This document shows, piece after piece, positions 9,681 through 20,528 of a stretch of 64,000 bases of DNA. Origin of the DNA: Cyanidioschyzon merolae (Eukaryota); the NCBI GenBank assembly GCA_000091205.1, contig AP006502.2. One strand, written 5' to 3'. The position numbers and the translations under genes were made by a program. Numbering within the stretch: position 1 is the first letter of the stretch; the number at the start of each line of letters is the position of its first letter. The notes beneath the pieces are model-generated. The model had not been told where the DNA came from. It searched no databases and saw nothing but the letters and a program-made list of their open reading frames with translations.

Positions 9681-10527
9681 GGACGCCGCGCACAAAGGTG
9701 CGCGGATCTCCACCAAATGAGCGCTCGGCATGCAACATGACGCAACTGCCTTGAACGAATGCCTCCACGGATCGATGAAAATCGTGTTATCTCTGCTTGA
9801 CGTGTACCATGGGCGTTGCACTCTGAGCGTTGCGGGATCGATCAAGCGTGTAGCGTTACGGGGAATACGGGTCCAGGGTTCAGATACGCAAAAACGTCTG
9901 GATGAGCGCATCGATTTCATTTCCGATTACCGATGGCAATCTGGTTCAGTACATCGACCATGTACCATAAAAGCAGGGTGCAATCGGGGTAGCGCTTCGT
10001 TGTGTGCGTCACGGCAATTCAATAGCTTTGCCAAGTCTTAGAGAAATATCTTGGGGTTGACGCGTTCGAGTCGCTTCGCCGAAGAGATGCGAGGCACCAC
10101 GGGTGCCGGCGTTAGAGCGCACCGCTTCGCCTGCTCCGAAACGGACCCGCATCGTCGCCTGGCCGTATTGAGGATGCCAATTCCCGGTACTGATGATACG
10201 GTCGAAGATGCTGGGGATTGCGTGACGGGCGCCTGCTACCTGTCGCATGTGCGGCCAAGTCTCTGTTGCACGCGGAGGCACCGCAGGAGCAGAGAGACTT
10301 CTCCAGTTCTGGAACTCGTCGCCCAGAGCGATGAACGCGCCTGCGAGGCTGCCGAATACCCAGTCCAATTTCGACTTGCGGAACGTACGCTGACTCCTCT
10401 TATTGTATGGATGCCGTTTCGTGAACAGCGGTTTATGCCAGCCGAGCGTTAGATTGGAATGGGATACTGCACTGCACGCGCTGGCCCTGCCTTTCGATTT
10501 TTTTCCCCGGCATTTTCCTAGATATAC

Positions 10528-11810
10528 GGTCTAGACACTCAAAGTGCAACAATCAGGGCTTGGGAATTCATGCGCAGTTTCCGGATTCCCGGTCCGCGTT
10601 ACTGCGTGCCACTTTCGACGCGTTGCCCCTGTAACTCGATACGTCACCGGGATCGAGATGCTTCTCGACGCCGCCAAACAAAGGTTTGTAAAATAGCCGA
10701 TTTTATGAACCAATTTGTAGGCACAAGCCTCTACCGCTATCGCGTTCCTTGTGTATAGCATGCGCAAATCATGCATGCTTCATGTTTTCGATCTTTCTGT
10801 TTCAAGGCAACCCGTGGGCACAGCAATGCTCGCCACTGGACTGGCGCGGCATGGAGCCCGACGTCGCTCCTTGACGACGTGTTCACACGCTCACGCCCAA
10901 GCCTCATCGTGCTTCTCGTATCAAATGATCGAATCCTTTCGAAAGACAAATCCTTGTGTCCCTGTGGTCATCCGCGAGACAGGGAATTCGACAGCTGCAT
11001 CGTACGTTACACGGGGATTCGCGCCCAGATGCACTCGCCTCTTCTGGTTGCATGGAATAAAGTCCCTGACTATAGTCGTCGCAGCGATCGCCTCTGGTGC
11101 AGACTGGATCACCGCTTCGCTGTAGAACAGCGTGGACGGATCGAAATCACTCGACTGGTTCTCCTATGGGCGTTATCATTCGCTCGATTGTTCCACCAAG
11201 GCCAATATCGCATTCCACGAATCCCTTCTCAAACGGGACAGCGTATGCTTGCTTTTGCACCATACAGCGCACTCGCAAAGGGAATCGCCCAGAAGAAGCC
11301 CGTCATCGTACGGTACGGCATTGGGCATGCAAACAAAGAATGGATTCGACGAGCGCCTTCTACGTCAGTCGCGGACATGCATCGAGCGCTGAAGTAAGCC
11401 TTCGCATGCCACCGAGCGGCGCTCGGTCCAGGAAGAGCTGCGGCAGACGCATATGCGAGCGTCTGATCAGAGTCCAGTCTCAGCGCTGCGGAAGACACAC
11501 CGAAGCTGTGTACACAGAAGACGAACATGGCGAACGACGTGCGGACCGCAACTTGCCCCTACGCGTGGGACGCGTTACCAAGAGCGGGAAGCGGCGAAGT
11601 CGGAACTTGAACGTTGCCATCGACATCTCTCGACTGCTTACACGGGAGCTTCAAGGACAAGACAGACCGGCATATGTACATTCGGAGCTAAGAGAGCGGC
11701 AAAGGAAGCAGTCGCAGAAAGAGCGTTCAAAAGCGAATGTCCATGACAGAGAGAAAACCGCGATTTTAACCTGTACGTTCGTGTCTGGGGACCTATTCTC
11801 TTCCATTACG
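10528..11810 (+). mobile_element. Family B dispersed element (about 1.25 kb), copy B1. Degenerate ORFs.
   Basis: 5' blocks 'ttcgacgcgttgcccctg...caccgggatcgagatgc' and 'ttttcgatctttctgtttcaaggcaacccgtggg'. Internal 'AQKKPVIVRYGIG'. 3' tail 'aaaggaagcagtcgcagaaag...ctattctcttccattacgac'. Confidence 0.6.
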
Positions 11811-12188
11811 ACTTGGTTGTAAGCGCAACATGCGAATGCTTGGAATCAGAGTTGACATTTCTCGTTCATAAGCATGGTCTGGCGTACGTGGAGGCCGATT
11901 GCCCGTATGCACAATACGCACATCGTGTGGCATTCATGAAGAATGTGCATGGCCCCTGTGAGCGAGCGGAAACTCCACATGTGCTACGAGCAGCGCGAGT
12001 CCACGGGAAGCAGCGTCGCGAAGCGCTCCATGAATAGCCTACCCTCGTACCCAGAAAAGGTGTTTTCTCCCCCCAGTACCTAATTCAAGGCATAACCAAA
12101 CGTGCTCGGGCACGCTCGCTCTAGACAGCGTTGCGAACAACCGCACCGAGTTTTGGGGGAGAACGCTCCCTGGTACCGCTCCGCGCGC

Positions 12189-12626
12189 TTAAAAACGCCG
12201 ATTATCAAACTCATCTGTGTCGGGCGTGGTGCCTTCCAGAGCTACAACTTCGATGCACTCTGGGATTCGGTCCCTAATAAACTTGTCCAGTCGTTGCAAA
12301 ACGACAACTCTCTGGTGCCAAAACTGGCCCTTTAGGGCTAACACAACGGTTGCACCGTCGATGCCTACCAAGGAAACCTCCCCGGTTATACCGACCTGAC
12401 GGTTTTCCTCACTCCCAAAGACAGTCGAGAACGTCTCCTTCGCCTCATGGAGAACAGCCTGGACGTTCTCTTCAGTGAGGACGCGTTGAAACTCGGCGCG
12501 AACAGCAAGGAGACCTGGTACCGGTCGTCGCATTTGCTTAGCATAACGACGACATTGGCACCGGCCAACTGTGTCTCGCCTTGGTCGTGAGAAATTTCTG
12601 GGCTCGAACACACTGATTAAAAACAT
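12189..12626 (-). CDS. Possible NFU/NifU-C-terminal-like domain protein. The CxxC is not conserved, as in the degenerate second NFU domain of plant NFU proteins.
   Basis: 'VQAVLHEAKETFSTVFGS..VGITGEVSLVGIDGATVVLALKGQ...IRDRIPECIEVVALEG' follows the NifU_C pattern. Weak. Confidence 0.3.
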   Translation of the reverse strand: MFLISVFEPRNFSRPRRDTVGRCQCRRYAKQMRRPVPGLLAVRAEFQRVLTEENVQAVLHEAKETFSTVFGSEENRQVGITGEVSLVGIDGATVVLALKGQFWHQRVVVLQRLDKFIRDRIPECIEVVALEGTTPDTDEFDNRRF

Positions 12627-12670
12627 GCGTGAGGTTTATGCGACCGTGCTTTCGAGCGGAAAACTCCAGT

Positions 12671-12726
12671 CAGCCAGCTAGCCAGCTAGCCAGCTAGCCA
12701 GCTAGCCAGCTAGCCAGCCAGCCAGG
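12671..12726. repeat. Microsatellite (CCAGCTAG)n, about 6 units.
   Basis: 'cagccagctagccagctagccagctagccagctagccagctagccagcc'. Confidence 0.95.
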
Positions 12727-12868
12727 GTTGCTTGTGCGCGCACGTGCACCAAGCCGTGGGGAGCGGCGCCGAAACAAAAACCTGCAGCCCCAGCGCGCTG
12801 CCTCGAGAATAAACCCGCGTACCCTGAAGACAACGCTGAGAACCCTAACGATGCCAATTAGAAAACGT

Positions 12869-13228
12869 TCAACCAACAAAGTTCACGGCTGTGAGAAACA
12901 GCACCAGGTGACCCAGAAGCCAGCCTACGTACGCACTCTCGAACGATCGGTGCTCCCAGCGGTTCAATTTGGTTCGGTTACGGGCGTTGATCTGCATCCG
13001 TAAACCGACGGTTAACACAGCGCTCCCGATGAGACAAAAAGCAGCCGCTAGTAACGAGTTGAACGGATAGGTGCCTACGACCGCTGCAAAACTCGTGATA
13101 ACACCCAGTACAACTGCTAGGAAAGCAACGTACGAATCAAGAAGTTGCAGCTCCGACGGAACCTTTGACCGATACCCTTCCTTGAGGGACCTCCAAACGC
13201 TGCGTATGGTCAGGTCCGTAGAAGCCAT
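12869..13228 (-). CDS. DAD1: DAD1/OST2 subunit of oligosaccharyltransferase (119 aa).
   Basis: 'FNSLLAAAFCLIGSAVLTVGLRMQINARN...LLGHLVLFLTAVNFVG' matches the DAD1 C-terminal consensus (FPFNSFLSGF..CLRIQIN...VMNFVG). Size is typical. Confidence 0.8.
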   Translation of the reverse strand: MASTDLTIRSVWRSLKEGYRSKVPSELQLLDSYVAFLAVVLGVITSFAAVVGTYPFNSLLAAAFCLIGSAVLTVGLRMQINARNRTKLNRWEHRSFESAYVGWLLGHLVLFLTAVNFVG

Positions 13229-13834
13229 ACCTGGATGATGACGTATAGCTGCGGAAGCGTTCGTAGGTGCAGCGTCATCTCCTGTACAGCGATCGTCGAG
13301 GGCGTGCGCGCTCCACCAGAGCGCGCTGTAAGCGGCGCTTCACTCGAGACGGTCGATTCGGGCGATGAGCGGCGCTTGCGCGTTCCACTGGTGCCCGCGA
13401 CAGATCGCAGACGGCTTTCTTTTTCGAGCTTGTGTCGTATCCGGACTACACATTTGAGGTGCTGGCTATGATAAGATTGCTCTTGATGACGCAAGTAATC
13501 GCAGGCATCCTGTTTGTGCTCATGGGTACACTGCAGCTCGTAGGCTGGGTTCGGGCGAAGCATCCGCAGTATCTGAAGGAATTCAGAACGCTATATCCCC
13601 GGGCGAGGAAATGCATGTTTCCTTTCATTTGATGAAAGCACGGAAGGCTCAGGAAATTTGTTTGCACGCCAATGGGCACATCCTGACTTGGATGTGCGAG
13701 GCCGGTGCGCATGTGACTTTTCGTCACTTTTGGATGATGGTGGATTCGATGATCGTTGCAACCGGTGCATCGTGGTCGTGCCGATGCTGCCGCCGCACAT
13801 GCCGTGGAGCGTGCTCAGAGTCGTGATGATGCTC

Positions 13835-14045
13835 GATATTCGAGCTAGAAAAGCGCACTCGGATTGTTTTCCCAGATTACCGTAGCGGCGACTTGTCATC
13901 ATCCTGCATCTGAACGTTTTGGGCATCGTCATGATGCTCGATATTCAATCGACAAAAGTGCTCTCGGATTGTTTTCCCAGAATACCGCAGCGGCGACTTG
14001 TCATCATCCTGAATCTGAATGTTTCGGGTACGTCTTAAGTTTACG
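13835..14045. repeat. Tandem duplication, 2 x about 105 bp, about 90% identical.
   Basis: 'tgatgctcgatattc...ggattgttttcccaga(t/a)taccg(t/c)agcggcgacttgtcatcatcctg(c/a)atctgaa(c/t)gtt' appears twice. Confidence 0.8.
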
Positions 14046-14246
14046 CACTAGGAAACCGTGGCTTCCCGTGCGGCTTTGTCAAGCACTGTTCGCGACCAGC
14101 ATGCCATCACCAGAGCACCTGGCGCCGGCCGGAGCCTTCAGCTTCTTTTACCGATCGTTTGATAGCGTCAGTCAAGATGGATCGGTTCTGGACTTCAGCT
14201 CCATCACGAGTGTTTTAGACAAAACGCCATCAGTATCAGATGATGT

Positions 14247-14440
14247 ATGGTGATGGAGGTGCGACCTGCGGAGCTGGTGCGATCCAACTTTGGGCGGCAG
14301 CCTGCGAGGCTAGAGATATGCAAGGAGAGGCTGAAACCGATCGCAGTCGGCAGGTCAAAACAGGCGGGGAGGCGTCTGCAATTGGGTATCCCTTTACCCT
14401 ACATGCGCATAGGACATTTCTCGGTTTCATTGAGTATAAA
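14247..14440 (+). pseudogene. TnpB-like 3'-terminal remnant (tail only).
   Basis: 'RLEICKERLKPIAVGRSKQAGRRLQLG' with 'gaggctgaaaccgatcgcagtcggcaggtcaaaacaggcggggaggcgtctgcaa'. Abuts an inverted family-B copy. Confidence 0.45.
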
Positions 14441-14469
14441 TCCGAACGAGCCCCTCTGTTCTAACTTTG

Positions 14470-15700
14470 GAGTATGCACTTAATAAAGTGCCTCCTCCAA
14501 ACCTCATCAACACCAGCCTTCTAAGGCATTTCTTTGACCGCTTCTTTTACGCTTTCGTTTTTGCGGCTTTCAATACGCCAGTCTCTCCTTTTACTCTAGC
14601 TTCTTCTTCAACTGACACAGGATGCGGATCGCCGTACTCAAGTCATGATTTCGCTGCATGGGTTGTTGCCGATGTAGTCCAGGCACAGGCGCAAGTTGCG
14701 ATCTACGCTTCGCTTGCCGTTTTCATCTACTGCATATATGGTATGCGTGCGCTCTTCGCGGCTGTGACGCTTGACTGTGATCAGGTGTTCCCGTGCGCCA
14801 ACAACATCTCCACTTCCGATAACCGCTCTATCGCACGTGAACGCTCGCCTCATCGCTCGGTATATGCTCTTGACGGGTAGAGAGGTTCCCGTCGGTACCC
14901 GCCTCCGTTTCCGCGCTCTTTGTCGTACCCTGCGATCACGGGCTTCTTCGAGACGATTCTTGTGACAAGTACCTTGTACGCGGCACACGCACATACAGGC
15001 TGTTCTATTCGACAGAGAATTCGTGGAATACGAGATTGTCCATAACAAAACAAGAATCGGAAGGAATACCTAGGCTGAAGAACAAGCCGAGAAATCTCGT
15101 TCAGTCAACGTTCCCTGTATACAAAAAAGTAACGGACTCTTTCCTTGAAGCGATCGTTGCGATGACGCGGACCCATGTTCCAGGCTGTATTCCTTGCTGA
15201 CAGAAGAGACGAGAGTATCTCAGAAAATGTCACGTGCGACGCATCGCGCTGCTGTCGAATGAGGTTTCGTCAATGGCCACGAAGGCAAAATAGTGTGTTT
15301 TTCGATTCGAATGTATGATTTGACTTGAGCGATTCAATCAAGTTTCGGGGTTAGCTCGTGAACCAATCGGCAAGAGTCGACGTCATGGCACATCGCTCAT
15401 CGCCATTTCCGTGTCGCGAATTGCTGCGCCCATGAGTCGCAAGGCAAAAAGGTCTAAAACATGAAAAACGCGTGCTTTGTGCACACTACAGCTGAAGAAA
15501 CGAGAAGCGTGGGGCTCGCACGCATGAATTTTCTCATGTTACCGATTTTTTTCCGAACCACAGTTCGATCATTCCGCGAATGACCTCGTTTCCAATGATG
15601 TTTCGAATTCCAGCGGCAAAGCGTCGAAGGAGCTACGCCCAAAACCACGATCGAGTATCCACAACCCACGTCCGACTTGGTACGTACATGTTGCTTGCAA
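14470..15700 (-). mobile_element. Family B copy B8, inverted. It directly abuts the TnpB-like remnant at 14247-14440.
   Basis: Minus-strand ORFs 14638..15048 and 14850..15053 are homologous to B1 ORFs ('KKPVIAGYD', 'HTIYAVDENGKRSVDRNL'). The reverse-complement of the block-A motif lies at about 15600-15640. Confidence 0.5.
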
Positions 15701-16137
15701 CAGAAATCTAAAGCCTGCACACCTAAAAATCTCGGATAATATCGCTAGCCCCGAACAGAGTAACCTGTTCAATGCTCTATGCTGATCTGATCCAATTTTT
15801 TCGTAAGCAGCAACGCGCCTCCCAAAATCGCCACCTTGTCACATGGCGCGGGATGCGCTGTACACAGAGGCGCACGACACCGCCTGTCCTCTGTCACGGG
15901 GCGCCGCACGAACAACAGCGCCTGCGCTTCGGCGCCGAAGGCGATGGACCGCCGCCCGCCCGACGCGAGATCGCAGGGCCGTCTACGTACGGGCCAAAAT
16001 GGGGTAACCGGAAAATCGATCGCACCGTGTTTCCTCTACACCATGTTCCTCTCCGTGTATCCAACCTGGCTTTGTGTTATCTCGGAAGAATCAGCAGAAA
16101 AGACACTTGAAACTGAGGATCATTTTTTTAAGAAGGA

Positions 16138-16758
16138 ATGGTAGTGGAGCACGCAACCCAGATCGAGGCCTGGGCCGCGTGTCACTCATCCTTTATGGTG
16201 GGCGTGACTGTTGGCCTCGTGCTTGCGAGCCTGTGCACGCCTTTCGTTGGGTTGACGAACACCCTGCGTATGGTTTTACAGGCGCAGATTGGAAGTTTGG
16301 CAATTGCGTCCGCTGGACAATTTTTTAGCCTGATTTCGGCTTATAACAACGGGGTGTTTCACCTGGACGCTGACGGTGGGTTGTGGGCGCTCGAGTCCGC
16401 GCTCGGCGCGGGGTGCTTCAGTGTTGGCAACCTTTTCGGGGCATCCTGCGGTGGTCTTCTGGGTACTTTTCTCTCGATACGGTTCGGGTTCATAATTGCG
16501 AGTGATATTGAAGAAGAGTGGACGCTGCTGTCTCGGTGTGCTATCGAGGGCATCCAGCGACTGGCGATCATCGGGAATCCGAGTGTACTGAAGCGCATTG
16601 TAGCCATACGGACTTCAGCGCTGGCGGTGAATGCGCAAACAAGAGTTCCAGGGGAGCACGAACAGGAGGTCTTTCTTATCCGTGGCCTCGTTTCGCGTGC
16701 GAACCGAGATGGCTCGTCGACGCTGTCAGTGCGGGGCGACCAACGGACGCTAGCGTGA
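16138..16758 (+). CDS. Possible Tim17/Tim22/OEP16 (PRAT)-family membrane protein. Very tentative.
   Basis: Glycine-zipper-rich hydrophobic ORF ('GAGCFSVGNLFGASCGGLLGTFLSIRFG'). No strong motif. Confidence 0.2.
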   Translation: MVVEHATQIEAWAACHSSFMVGVTVGLVLASLCTPFVGLTNTLRMVLQAQIGSLAIASAGQFFSLISAYNNGVFHLDADGGLWALESALGAGCFSVGNLFGASCGGLLGTFLSIRFGFIIASDIEEEWTLLSRCAIEGIQRLAIIGNPSVLKRIVAIRTSALAVNAQTRVPGEHEQEVFLIRGLVSRANRDGSSTLSVRGDQRTLA

Positions 16759-17869
16759 ACGAACGAGGCGCTCTGGTGCCGGCGCATACGCTCTGCACAG
16801 ACCGGTTCCAATATTTTGAAGCACCCAGTTATGACCGTGTTCAGAAGATCCAATTGCATTTTACCTCTATGCACAGAACGAAGTTTGAATAGTGATAGCA
16901 ACTGGAGGCTAATCCGCATCAAAGACTGACTCAGTGCGCATCGCACTGGAGGCACTGCCCAGGAGAACTGTGTGTGTGTGTGTAGTGCTTCGACAGTCAC
17001 CAGGGAGCAACCGGAGAGCTCATTCCGGCGCGCTGCATTGTAGCGCAGCGCGGCAACAGGGTTTCGCAGTAGTTTCGCCGACGAGATACGTCCAACGGTT
17101 CCAGTCGCACCATTGCGCACAATGCGAAACTCGAGTCGCAGAGGCGAACAACTTGCTCTTCACGCCATGGCCTCCGTGACTATGTTACAGAAGGAGACCG
17201 TGTTTCGATCATTGCACCCGAAAACCGCTTAAAAGGCCATGTTTCTGCCACTGCACTGGACACACGCACATACACACACCACGCCCGGCCTGCCGTGATT
17301 CAGACTGCGGATGCAGCGATGGAAGACCAGGTGGGTACGCCGTCGTCGCCCGAAGCGTTTGCGTCCTCAAACGATACGTTGAAATCCAGTTATCGAGCAC
17401 GCGCCCCTCGGAGGATCGCGAGATAATCTTATTTCCGAGTAACGCGCTTAGTAGGTCCATCAGGTGAAAGGTCGCTGCATCCATTGAGCTACAGTTGCAC
17501 AGTTGCATACTGGATACAAATTTAGCAGGTACATCACCCGAAAGGTCTCAGCTTGAATCGAGCTACAGCACTGGAAACGCACACTGGACTCGACGTGGTG
17601 GAATGCGGTAGTGTTCGCGGAAGCATAGCGTGCTGCGCCCTGCGTATCTGGTAGATAGCGAACTCGATTCGTTGAGGCTACGTCCTGAAAAACGTACCCC
17701 CTCGAGAGCTCGTGCTCCGGCGCAGAGGTCAATGCAACAAAGCGATCTACCTCTCCAACGATTCCCGGTTAGTCGTTTTCGATGGCGGTTCATGCGCGCC
17801 AGTGCTCCGTCGGCGTCGCTAATTCAGCAACCACTGAGCGCTGCTACCACATGAACATGCTTCCATCTA

Positions 17870-19666
17870 TTACGGAGCTCGATCGTATTCAGCTCCGTCA
17901 ATGCTGAATATTTCGATGCCCTCCGATACGGCAATGCGTATATCCTCTAGGGCGTCGGCTACCTCACGGGCAGTGGAATCGCTTTCCGTTTCCAGATTGC
18001 GTCCACAGAAACGCGAGCTATCTCGCTCCGAGACAGAAGACGTCGACGAACTCAGTTTCACTTGATGATCGATCGGAAAGCTGCTATCATGGCCTCCTCT
18101 GGTGCGCCAGGCCTGGAGATACTCTCCAAAAGCATGCAGTGCGTGAGGAGCGACATAGGTATACGCTACAAGGTGTGTATCGGGGGCGCCTTCAGCCGGC
18201 ATCCAGTGCGGTGAATGGGGCGACACACTCCAGCTGTCGTCTCGGTGCGCTGTCGATGCGCTGGGGCTACCCATTCTCGAGCCAGAGTCCACAACCGGCG
18301 TGATCGGCGGGCGCTCCAGTCGCTCGCGGATTCGTTTCCAGGAAATTCCGCGGAACCAGCGATGGTGCTGTAAGCAGAGCGCATGACGAAGCCTCTCCTC
18401 CGGAGAGCGGCAGATTAACTGACGCACCAGCGACTGCGCCTCGGTGGAAACGTACGAGGGAAATTTGATTTTCGCTTTCATAATTCGCTTGTACAGAGCC
18501 ACGCGCGAGTGAACATTCTCTGGAGGCGCTTTACCGCCAGTCTTGTTATCGGCGGCTGCCTGGGCTGCAACTTTTGCTCGCCTTCCACGATCGCGTTTTC
18601 CAACCAGGCCTTGTGCTCGGACGGAAAAAGGCGGCTCCCCGGTAAGCATCTCGTATATTAAACATCCAAACGACCAGTAATCCGCTGCGAAAGAATGTCC
18701 CTCACGAGCGAGGAGCTCCGGAGCCATATAGTGCTCTGTACCGCACCAGGAATGGGTGAGAGAGCCGCTATCGACGAGATCAGATGCGTCTATCGACTCG
18801 AGCTGCGTCTGCATCGCACTGTCGTTTGGCGCTGATACGGCGTCTGCGTGGGCGGCCCCTGCGGTTCCACCGTTCCCTGGTGCACGGCGGAGGGATGCGT
18901 CGGCGCTCTGCGCCATGCCTGCACCTGTCTCAGTATCTAGGCGGCCCATGCCGGCTTTGCTGAGTCCAAAGTCGGTTAAGGCTACGTGGCCTTCATGGTC
19001 CAGGAGGACGTTCTCGGGCTTCAGATCCCGATGAACAATGCCGATTGAATGCAGGTGCTGTAAAGCAATGTACATTTCAGCTGCGTAGAAACGAGCAACT
19101 TCTTCACTGAAGAGCGCCTCCTTACGCAAATAATCCATAAGCGGGCCTCCTTGCAGATAATCCATGACCAGAAAAACTCTTGAAGACGTTTGAAATGCGC
19201 AATGCAGCCGTACAATAAATGGATGCACCGCACGCTGTTCGTTCCTCATATTGTTGTTCGTTCTTGGTGATCTACCGAGTCCCGGATTCAGCTCATAGCC
19301 GTGGTCCATTAAAAGCGCAAGGATGTCGCGCTCTACTCGAGCCTGAGCAGTGCCCCCGAAGCGGAGAAGCGCCTCTTTTTTCATCGATTTGATGGCGAAC
19401 AAACCACCCGTGGGTCGATATCGCGCCAGATAGACCTTGCCAAAGGCACCCGTTCCCAAGACGCTTAGGATCTGGAACAGCTCAAGGCGATGATGGTACA
19501 CTGCGGGGCCCGCGGTCCTATTCGATAGATTCGAAACAGCAGCAGCCGGCAGGTCACTCGATGCGGTCGTCGTCATCTGCAGCAGTGCACCTGCTGGGAT
19601 GAAGGCTGGCTCCTCATCTTCGCCAGCCTCGTGACGCTGCAGTGTCGCAATGGTCATGTGTGACAA
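17870..19666 (-). CDS. AGC-family Ser/Thr protein kinase (S6K/PKB-like) with a long insert between DFG and the activation loop.
   Basis: 'LGTGAFGKVYLAR', 'AIKSMKK', 'HRDLKPENVLLD', 'TDFGLSK', 'CGTEHYMAPELL', 'DYWSFGCLIYEMLTGEPPF', then a C-terminal AGC tail. Confidence 0.85.
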   Translation of the reverse strand: MSHMTIATLQRHEAGEDEEPAFIPAGALLQMTTTASSDLPAAAVSNLSNRTAGPAVYHHRLELFQILSVLGTGAFGKVYLARYRPTGGLFAIKSMKKEALLRFGGTAQARVERDILALLMDHGYELNPGLGRSPRTNNNMRNEQRAVHPFIVRLHCAFQTSSRVFLVMDYLQGGPLMDYLRKEALFSEEVARFYAAEMYIALQHLHSIGIVHRDLKPENVLLDHEGHVALTDFGLSKAGMGRLDTETGAGMAQSADASLRRAPGNGGTAGAAHADAVSAPNDSAMQTQLESIDASDLVDSGSLTHSWCGTEHYMAPELLAREGHSFAADYWSFGCLIYEMLTGEPPFSVRAQGLVGKRDRGRRAKVAAQAAADNKTGGKAPPENVHSRVALYKRIMKAKIKFPSYVSTEAQSLVRQLICRSPEERLRHALCLQHHRWFRGISWKRIRERLERPPITPVVDSGSRMGSPSASTAHRDDSWSVSPHSPHWMPAEGAPDTHLVAYTYVAPHALHAFGEYLQAWRTRGGHDSSFPIDHQVKLSSSTSSVSERDSSRFCGRNLETESDSTAREVADALEDIRIAVSEGIEIFSIDGAEYDRAP

Positions 19667-19896
19667 CCTGGGAAGCGCCTTGGTGCGCGAAGCGGCAACA
19701 AATGGTACTCGAAGCCGTCAACAAGTCTCAGAGGATGCTCGGGCACCTCCTCAACAAATAGTGACGAGGTAACGATCAAAAGTCGGGTGTGGCGGGTATG
19801 CAATCGCTATGATGCTGCACAGCACGCGTCAAAGAACCAGCTGTCGAAAAACCGAAACCTACCCGACGACGATACGCGTTACTGCTCTCTTTATGA

Positions 19897-20070
19897 GCAC
19901 TTGTCACCGGTGAGCGCTGGCACCAAAGTCCTCTGCACAGCGCGCTCCTCACAGCACCAGCTTGTCGCGTTCTATCCTCTAGCACAAGAGCTTCCCGTCC
20001 GAGCACTTGTCACCGGCGAGCGCTGGCACCAAAGTCCTCTGCCCAGCGCGCTCCTCACAGCACCAGCTTA
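19897..20070. repeat. Direct repeat, 2 x about 66 bp separated by ~43 bp. Lies in the bidirectional region between the AGC kinase (-) and the DUG-fusion gene (+).
   Basis: 'cacttgtcaccgg(t/c)gagcgctggcaccaaagtcctctgc(a/c)cagcgcgctcctcacagcaccagctt' occurs twice. Confidence 0.8.
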
Positions 20071-20528
20071 CCGCGTACCGTATACCGTAGGTGTCGTGCT
20101 TTGACGTCAGTACGCTCAGCAGCTCCCGATTTTATCAGGTCCGGTCTGATCCAGGAAAACGAAAAGACTCTCCACCGACACGTGAAAAGGACGCTATGTC
20201 CAAAGCACCGGGTAACGCTCGCGGACGTCGAACACAAGAACGCCACCGGCCTGAGAGGGCGAGTTTCGAACCCGCACCACCACCGTTTGGCTTCGCCCCC
20301 TGGAGCGCAGCGCTCAACGGTGACGTCGCACCGCAGTCGGTATGCAGGGGTCGCGTCTTTACGCAGGGGACTTCGTTTAGCGACACTTGGAAAGGTACAC
20401 TGCTACACAGTGAAGAACCGTGCTTGCACTTGTGGCAGCGAGTCTCGTGACTGTGACCAGAAACTCTATCATCGAGCGATTTTGCATTAGCTGCGCACCG
20501 CTGCCTCTCAACCGCACCGTACTTCAAC

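Noticed and set aside
13432-13632. 66-aa hydrophobic plus-strand ORF upstream of DAD1 as a small membrane-protein gene
   Set aside because: No recognisable family. It overlaps a 117-aa minus-strand ORF. Too short to call from sequence alone.
16359-17120. 253-aa minus-strand ORF rich in R/S/P
   Set aside because: Composition-driven ORF antisense to a slightly more plausible membrane-protein ORF. No motif.
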